From Octopus bimaculoides (Eukaryota), in NCBI RefSeq assembly GCF_001194135.2, contig NC_068998.1, positions 13,256,905 to 13,298,522 on the forward strand: a stretch of DNA of 41,618 nucleotides. Reading direction: 5' to 3'. This document shows positions 35,886 to 41,618 of this stretch, piece by piece. The notes under the pieces were generated by a model. It was not told the DNA's origin and searched no databases. It worked only from the letters and a program-made list of their open reading frames with translations. The translations under genes and the position numbers were made by a program. The stretch's first letter is position 1; the number at the start of each line of letters is the position of its first letter.

Positions 35886-36110
35886 ATATATATGCATATG
35901 TTTATGTGTCTGTGTTTGTCCCTCCACCATTGCTTGACAACCGATGCTGGTGTGTTTACATCCCCATAACTTAGCAGTTTGGCACAAGGAGACCGATAGA
36001 ATAAGTACTAGGCTTACAAAGAATAAGTCCTGGGGTTGATTTGTTCGACTAAAAGACAGTGCGCCAGCATGGCCGCAGTCAAATGACGGAAACAAGTAAA
36101 AGAATGAAAG
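35690..36110 (+). mobile_element. Family A SINE, full length
   Basis: aggtgcaggaatggctatgttgtaag head, ggcaccttgggcaagtgtctt core, internal microsatellite, gcatggccgcagtcaaatgac tail. Confidence 0.92.
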
Positions 36111-36814
36111 AATACATCATGATGATGATATGTGCGTGCATGTGTGTGTATGTGCATAACTAAAACGACACTAAAGCAAATATGTGTGTATGTACAAATA
36201 CAAACATTATGAGAGAGAGAGAGAGAGAGAGAGAGATTGAGAAGCAACATAGAGGAGACAAAAGAAACGAAGAGTGGGCAGGGTTGGAGGAAGGGGAGAA
36301 TTTGCCATAAAAGTCATCAGAAAAATGGGAATTTGCTATAAACTTCAAAATCACACTTTTCACTTAATTTTTATCTTTATTATTATTATTAACGTTGCTG
36401 TTGTTGTTGTTTTTCTTATGTCTTGTTTCTCAAAGCACTCGATCTCACTTGCTCTGTGAGAGCGGACAACATCCTGTTATCAGAGGTCTCCTAGGGTCTC
36501 TTTATCCCCCTCATCATCATCACTACCACCACCACCGCCGCCACCACCACCATCACCATCAATTTTATTACTATTATTATTATTGTTGTTGTTGTTGTTG
36601 TTACTTTTATAATTTTGCAAATCAAAGCAAATTATGTCCATGAACTGTTTGTCGTATTTAATATATTTCTAATGCCATCGGATGTTGTTAATGATAGAAA
36701 GTGTGTGAGTTAGTGTTATGCTGTCAACTGCTGGACATTTTGGAATGTTTCAAATGGATTGCAGCAGGAGAAATGCTTTAAAGAATGAACATTAAAATAA
36801 TTGCAATGCCTTCG

Positions 36815-37042
36815 TAGATGTGGCTGTGTACTAAGAAGCTTGCTTCCCAACCACATGGTTCAGGGTTCAGTCTCACTGTGTGGCACCTTGAACAAGTGTC
36901 ACCTAATATAGCCACAGCCCAAAACCTTGTGAGTGACTTTGGTAGGCAGAAACTCAAATAAGTTCTTCATACATATATCCACAGATGTGTGTGTGTGTCT
37001 GTCTGTCTGTGTTTGTTTCAAAAATTGATACCACAACCATAT
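36815..37042 (+). mobile_element. Family A SINE head, running into an N gap
   Basis: gtggctgtgtactaagaagcttgcttcccaaccacatggttc...ggcaccttgaacaagtgtc. Confidence 0.85.
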
Positions 37043-37557
37043 NNNNNNNNNNNNNNNNNNNNNNNNNNNNNNNNNNNNNNNNNNNNNNNNNNNNNNNNNN
37101 NNNNNNNNNNNNNNNNNNNNNNNNNNNNNNNNNNNNNNNNNNNNNNNNNNNNNNNNNNNNNNNNNNNNNNNNNNNNNNNNNNNNNNNNNNNNNNNNNNNN
37201 NNNNNNNNNNNNNNNNNNNNNNNNNNNNNNNNNNNNNNNNNNNNNNNNNNNNNNNNNNNNNNNNNNNNNNNNNNNNNNNNNNNNNNNNNNNNNNNNNNNN
37301 NNNNNNNNNNNNNNNNNNNNNNNNNNNNNNNNNNNNNNNNNNNNNNNNNNNNNNNNNNNNNNNNNNNNNNNNNNNNNNNNNNNNNNNNNNNNNNNNNNNN
37401 NNNNNNNNNNNNNNNNNNNNNNNNNNNNNNNNNNNNNNNNNNNNNNNNNNNNNNNNNNNNNNNNNNNNNNNNNNNNNNNNNNNNNNNNNNNNNNNNNNNN
37501 NNNNNNNNNNNNNNNNNNNNNNNNNNNNNNNNNNNTATATATATATATATATATATA

Positions 37558-37696
37558 TGACAGGCTTCTTTCAGTTTCCGTCTACCAAATCCACTCACAA
37601 GGCTTTGGTCAGCCCGAGGCTATAGTAGAAGACACTTGCCCAAGATGCCATGCTATGGGAATGAACCCGGAACCATATGGTTGGTAAGCAAGCTGC
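37558..37696 (-). mobile_element. Family A SINE head fragment
   Basis: ggcttctttcagtttccgtctacc...gaacccggaaccatatggttggtaagcaagct. Confidence 0.88.
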
Positions 37697-37819
37697 ACAT
37701 ACATGTATGCATGCATACATATATATATATAGACATAAATGTGTGTGTGTATATATGTGTGTGTGTGAGTGTGTGCGTGAGTGTGTGTGAATGTGTGTGT
37801 GTGTGTGTTTTGTGTCCCC

Positions 37820-38073
37820 TTGTCTTGACATCCCATGACAGTTGTAAATGAGTGTCACTGTCATAGAAGCGGCATTATTCTTTTCCAATGTTTTGTGAAA
37901 ACATGTCTTGCCGTGGAGAAATATTATTTTAGTTTGAAAAGAAAAAGAGAGTTGGTAACAGAAAGGGCATCTGGCCCTAGAAAATCTACCCCCCCCCCCC
38001 AAAATCTGTCCGATGCAATCAAGCAAGCACAGAGAAGTGGATGTTAAGATAACAACAATGATGATGATGATGA
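37820..38073 (+). mobile_element. SINE/LINE-type body and tail with (GAT)n end
   Basis: ggtaacagaaagggcatctggccctagaaaatct...gtggatgttaaga followed by (GAT)n; same tail type as ~20520-20640. Confidence 0.65.
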
Positions 38074-38352
38074 TCATCATCATCGTTTAATGTCCGCTTT
38101 CTATGCTAGCATGGGTTGGACGGTTTGACTGAGGACTGGTGAAACCGGATGGCAACACCAGGCTCCAATCTGATCTGACAGAGTTTGTACAGCTGGATGC
38201 CCTTCCTAACGCCAACCGGTCAGAGAGTGTAGTGGGTGCTTTTACGTGTCACCGGCATGTAGGCCAGTCAGGCGGTACTGGCAACGGCCACGCTCAAAAT
38301 GGTGTATTTTATGTGCCACCCACACAAGAGCCAGTCCAGGGGCACTGGCAAT
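38074..38352 (-). mobile_element. Retroelement 3' portion (family F), CpG-rich
   Basis: Near-identical to 40130-40365 and similar to 22775-23060; (GAT)n tail on the minus strand. Confidence 0.88.
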
Positions 38353-38917
38353 GATAATGATGATGATGATGATGATGATGACAATGATGATAACAATGAT
38401 GATGGTGATGATGACTCTCATACACAAACACGTTTGTATATAATTCATACAGAAGTCCACAGCCACAAGAAGCAAGACATGTTATAAAGATACTTTTGTT
38501 TAACAATAATAAAACACCAGAAAAAAGCATCTAGTTCAACCTAATATGGATAATTGGATATTAGAACATTGAAGACATATGGTATGCACCACAGTGGAAT
38601 CATTTCTCAATCATTTGCCTTGGTAATGGCCATCAGAAATGCTTAAACACGATAACTTTCCATTTCCTGTCTCCTAAATACATTAGACGTATTTCTTATA
38701 TGCAAGAAGTCTTTTATATGGTAATATTGTATAGAAGTTTTATTCTGTGATAGCAGTGGCTAAAATGTGGCTTGTGAGCTGCAAGTAGCACTCCATATTT
38801 CTCCTAAAATACTATACCTCATGAATGCAGGGATGAAAGAAACAAAATCTGTACAGGAAAATGATTGTTAAATAATGATGATGATGATAATGATGATGAT
38901 GATGATGATATATATAT

Positions 38918-39259
38918 TCTTTCTTTTATTCTTTTATTCTTTTACATGTTTCAATCATTTGATTGTGACATCCTTTAGTCGAACAAATCGACCCCAGGAC
39001 TTTCTTTTTTTTGTAAGCCTAGTGTGTGGTAAGAAGCTTGCTTCCCAACCACATGGTTCCAGTTCAGTCCCACTGTGTTCAGTCCCGCTGCGTGGCACCT
39101 TGGGCAAGTGCCGACCAAAGCTTTGTGAATGGATTTGGTAGACAGAAACTGAAAGAAGCCCGTCGTATATATGTATATATGTGTAAGTATATGTGTGTGT
39201 ATGTTTGTGTGTCTGTGTTTGTTCCCCCAGCATCGCTTGACAACCGATGGTGGTGTGTT
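38918..39259. mobile_element. Rearranged family A SINE (inverted 5' part joined to 3' tail)
   Basis: Minus-strand tail at 38918-39023 abuts a plus-strand head and body at 39024-39259. Confidence 0.8.
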
Positions 39260-40129
39260 GATTAACAGCCCAGTCAAAATGGTATTTTCTCTATCTCCTA
39301 CTCTTATATTTGCACACGTCTACAAAATCACTTTCTAAAATGAACTTCCATTATGCAGCTGGGGAGTACATTTTCATTGCACATCTTATGTGGTGTTCTC
39401 ACTACATAAATAAATGAAGTTTGTACGAAACGTATGTACTGCTATAATCTAAGGAATTTTTGTTGTTTTTCTTCAAATTTTATTCACCAAATCTCTTGAT
39501 TTTGTTTTTGGTTTTTACCCTACCAAATTCTGGTGCCTCAAACATTTTAAGTACCACATTGAATCTTTTGATTNNNNNNNNNNNNNNNNNNNNNNNNNNN
39601 NNNNNNNNNNNNNNNNNNNNNNNNNNNNNNNNNNNNNNNNNNNNNNNNNNNNNNNNNNNNNNNNNNNNNNNNNNNNNNNNNNNNNNNNNNNNNNNNNNNN
39701 NNNNNNNNNNNNNNNNNNNNNNNNNNNNNNNNNNNNNNNNNNNNNNNNNNNNNNNNNNNNNNNNNNNNNNNNNNNNNNNNNNNNNNNNNNNNNNNNNNNN
39801 NNNNNNNNNNNNNNNNNNNNNNNNNNNNNNNNNNNNNNNNNNNNNNNNNNNNNNNNNNNNNNNNNNNNNNNNNNNNNNNNNNNNNNNNNNNNNNNNNNNN
39901 NNNNNNNNNNNNNNNNNNNNNNNNNNNNNNNNNNNNNNNNNNNNNNNNNNNNNNNNNNNNNNNNNNNNNNNNNNNNNNNNNNNNNNNNNNNNNNNNNNNN
40001 NNNNNNNNNNNNNNNNNNNNNNNNNNNNNNNNNNNNNNNNNNNNNNNNNNNNNNNNNNNNNNNNNNNNNNNNNNNNNNNNNNNNNNNNNNNNNNNNNNNN
40101 NNNNNNNNNNNNNNNNNNNNNNNNNNNNN

Positions 40130-40365
40130 GGACGATTTGACTGAGGACTGGTGGACCAGGAGGCGACTCCAGGCTCCAATCTGATTTGGCAGAGTTTCTA
40201 CAGCTGGATGCCCTTCCTAATGCCAACCACTCCGAGAGTGTAGTGGGTGCTTTTACGTGCCACTGGCATGAAGGCCAGTCAGGCGGTACTGGCGACGGCC
40301 ACGCTCAAAATAGTGTATTTTACGTGCCACCTGCACAGGAGCCAGTCCATCGGCACTGGCATCAA
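40130..40365 (-). mobile_element. Retroelement portion (family F)
   Basis: ggctccaatctgatttggcagagtttctacagctggatgcccttcctaatgccaacc matches the copy at 38074-38352. Confidence 0.88.
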
Positions 40366-40405
40366 CATCTTAATTCTAAATTATAATTTGTTTTGAAATT
40401 TTAAC

Positions 40406-40446
<41 letters not shown>

Positions 40447-40552
40447 CAAGGGCTCAATACAAATGTGAAAATTATAAATATACATGTGTGTATGCACATA
40501 TCTGCAAGTTTCCTTGAGCCTGCATGTCCCGACTTCCATGTTCGAGGACAAA

Positions 40553-40662
40553 TATAGATAGAGAGCAAGATAGATAGATAGTCAGATAGACAGATAGATA
40601 GATAGATGGATAGATAGATAGATAGATCGATAGATAGCTAGATCGATAGATAGCTAGATAGA
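40553..40662. repeat. (GATA)n-type microsatellite
   Basis: Directly visible. Confidence 0.95.
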
Positions 40663-41178
40663 AAATCATAAAAAAATATATATATGTCACAGTTGTTGGA
40701 CATAAAAAAATCATATATGGCTCTTTTTATAAAACAACTACACCTCACCTGTTATATGGCATCATAAATATAATGGTATATTTTGGTATAAATGATAATA
40801 TTTTGGTATATTGTTTGCTGGAAGCCAGATTTGTTCAGTGTTGTTTAAACTGATATTGCATGGTTCAGATTGGAAAGATATAATTTGAAAGAGAATGTTG
40901 TTTAATATAGTATATCGTGTGTTGTACTTTAGGATACAGCATGTGTACTATGATGTGGAAATTAAACATGCTTAAGGATATGATTTACTTTTAGTTTTCA
41001 GCACAAAAAAAAAAAAAAGAAATTGCAAAACTACAAGATAAATAGTTAAATATATGAATAAATAAAAAGATTGATTTTGTTTTTCTTTCTCTTGTGAAGT
41101 TATACTATTTCTCTTATTTTTGTTACATGAAAAATTGAAAAAAAAAAAAAGGAGAAAACGATAATAACAATCATCATC

Positions 41179-41222
<44 letters not shown>

Positions 41223-41563
41223 TGAATATCTAAAACTAGCGCCTCAAAATAAACGGATTTTCATAAACATCATATCTTAATCAACAACAGAAACATTATT
41301 CACGGTGCTGAAATGAAACATATATTTTCAATATGGTTGAAGATAATTGTGTTCAGAGGCGACGCAAATGAAGAAAAGTATGGAAGAAATGAAAGCAAAT
41401 AAAAAAACACACCACGTAAAAGTTTATCTAGTTTGTAAACATGAAAGGCCAGAAGGATAACAGTGTGAGAGTTTGTTAGAAGATTGAAAATGCACAAATG
41501 AGTAGAAGTTCGATCCTGAAAAATTAAGGGTAATCCTTACCAACTCTCCTCACACTTCTCAGG

Positions 41564-41618
<55 letters not shown>

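Overview
AT-rich animal genomic DNA with nine N gaps and no recognisable protein-coding gene. The repeat content (tRNA-headed SINEs, TA/GT/CAT/AGT microsatellites) looks like an octopus genome; this is inferred from recall of such repeats, not from a search. The window is mostly intron-like or intergenic sequence. It contains several SINE families, a decayed RTE-clade LINE (~25570-28200), a 3' fragment of an R4/Dong-type LINE, two Helentron-associated (HINE/DINE-1-like) elements, a piggyBac-type MITE inside a complex duplication-inversion, and a hAT MITE. Most six-frame ORFs are microsatellite or N-gap artefacts. A few small phase-compatible + strand exons (best: 22353-22403) may belong to an unidentified host gene. 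The most notable signal is a tRNA-headed SINE in two copies (9679-9999; 31602-31879, the latter with a 16-bp TSD). It carries a Penelope-type minimal hammerhead-ribozyme fold, but both local copies have A in place of the catalytic G12. Family labels A-F are local to this report, and repeat boundaries lacking a TSD are approximate.
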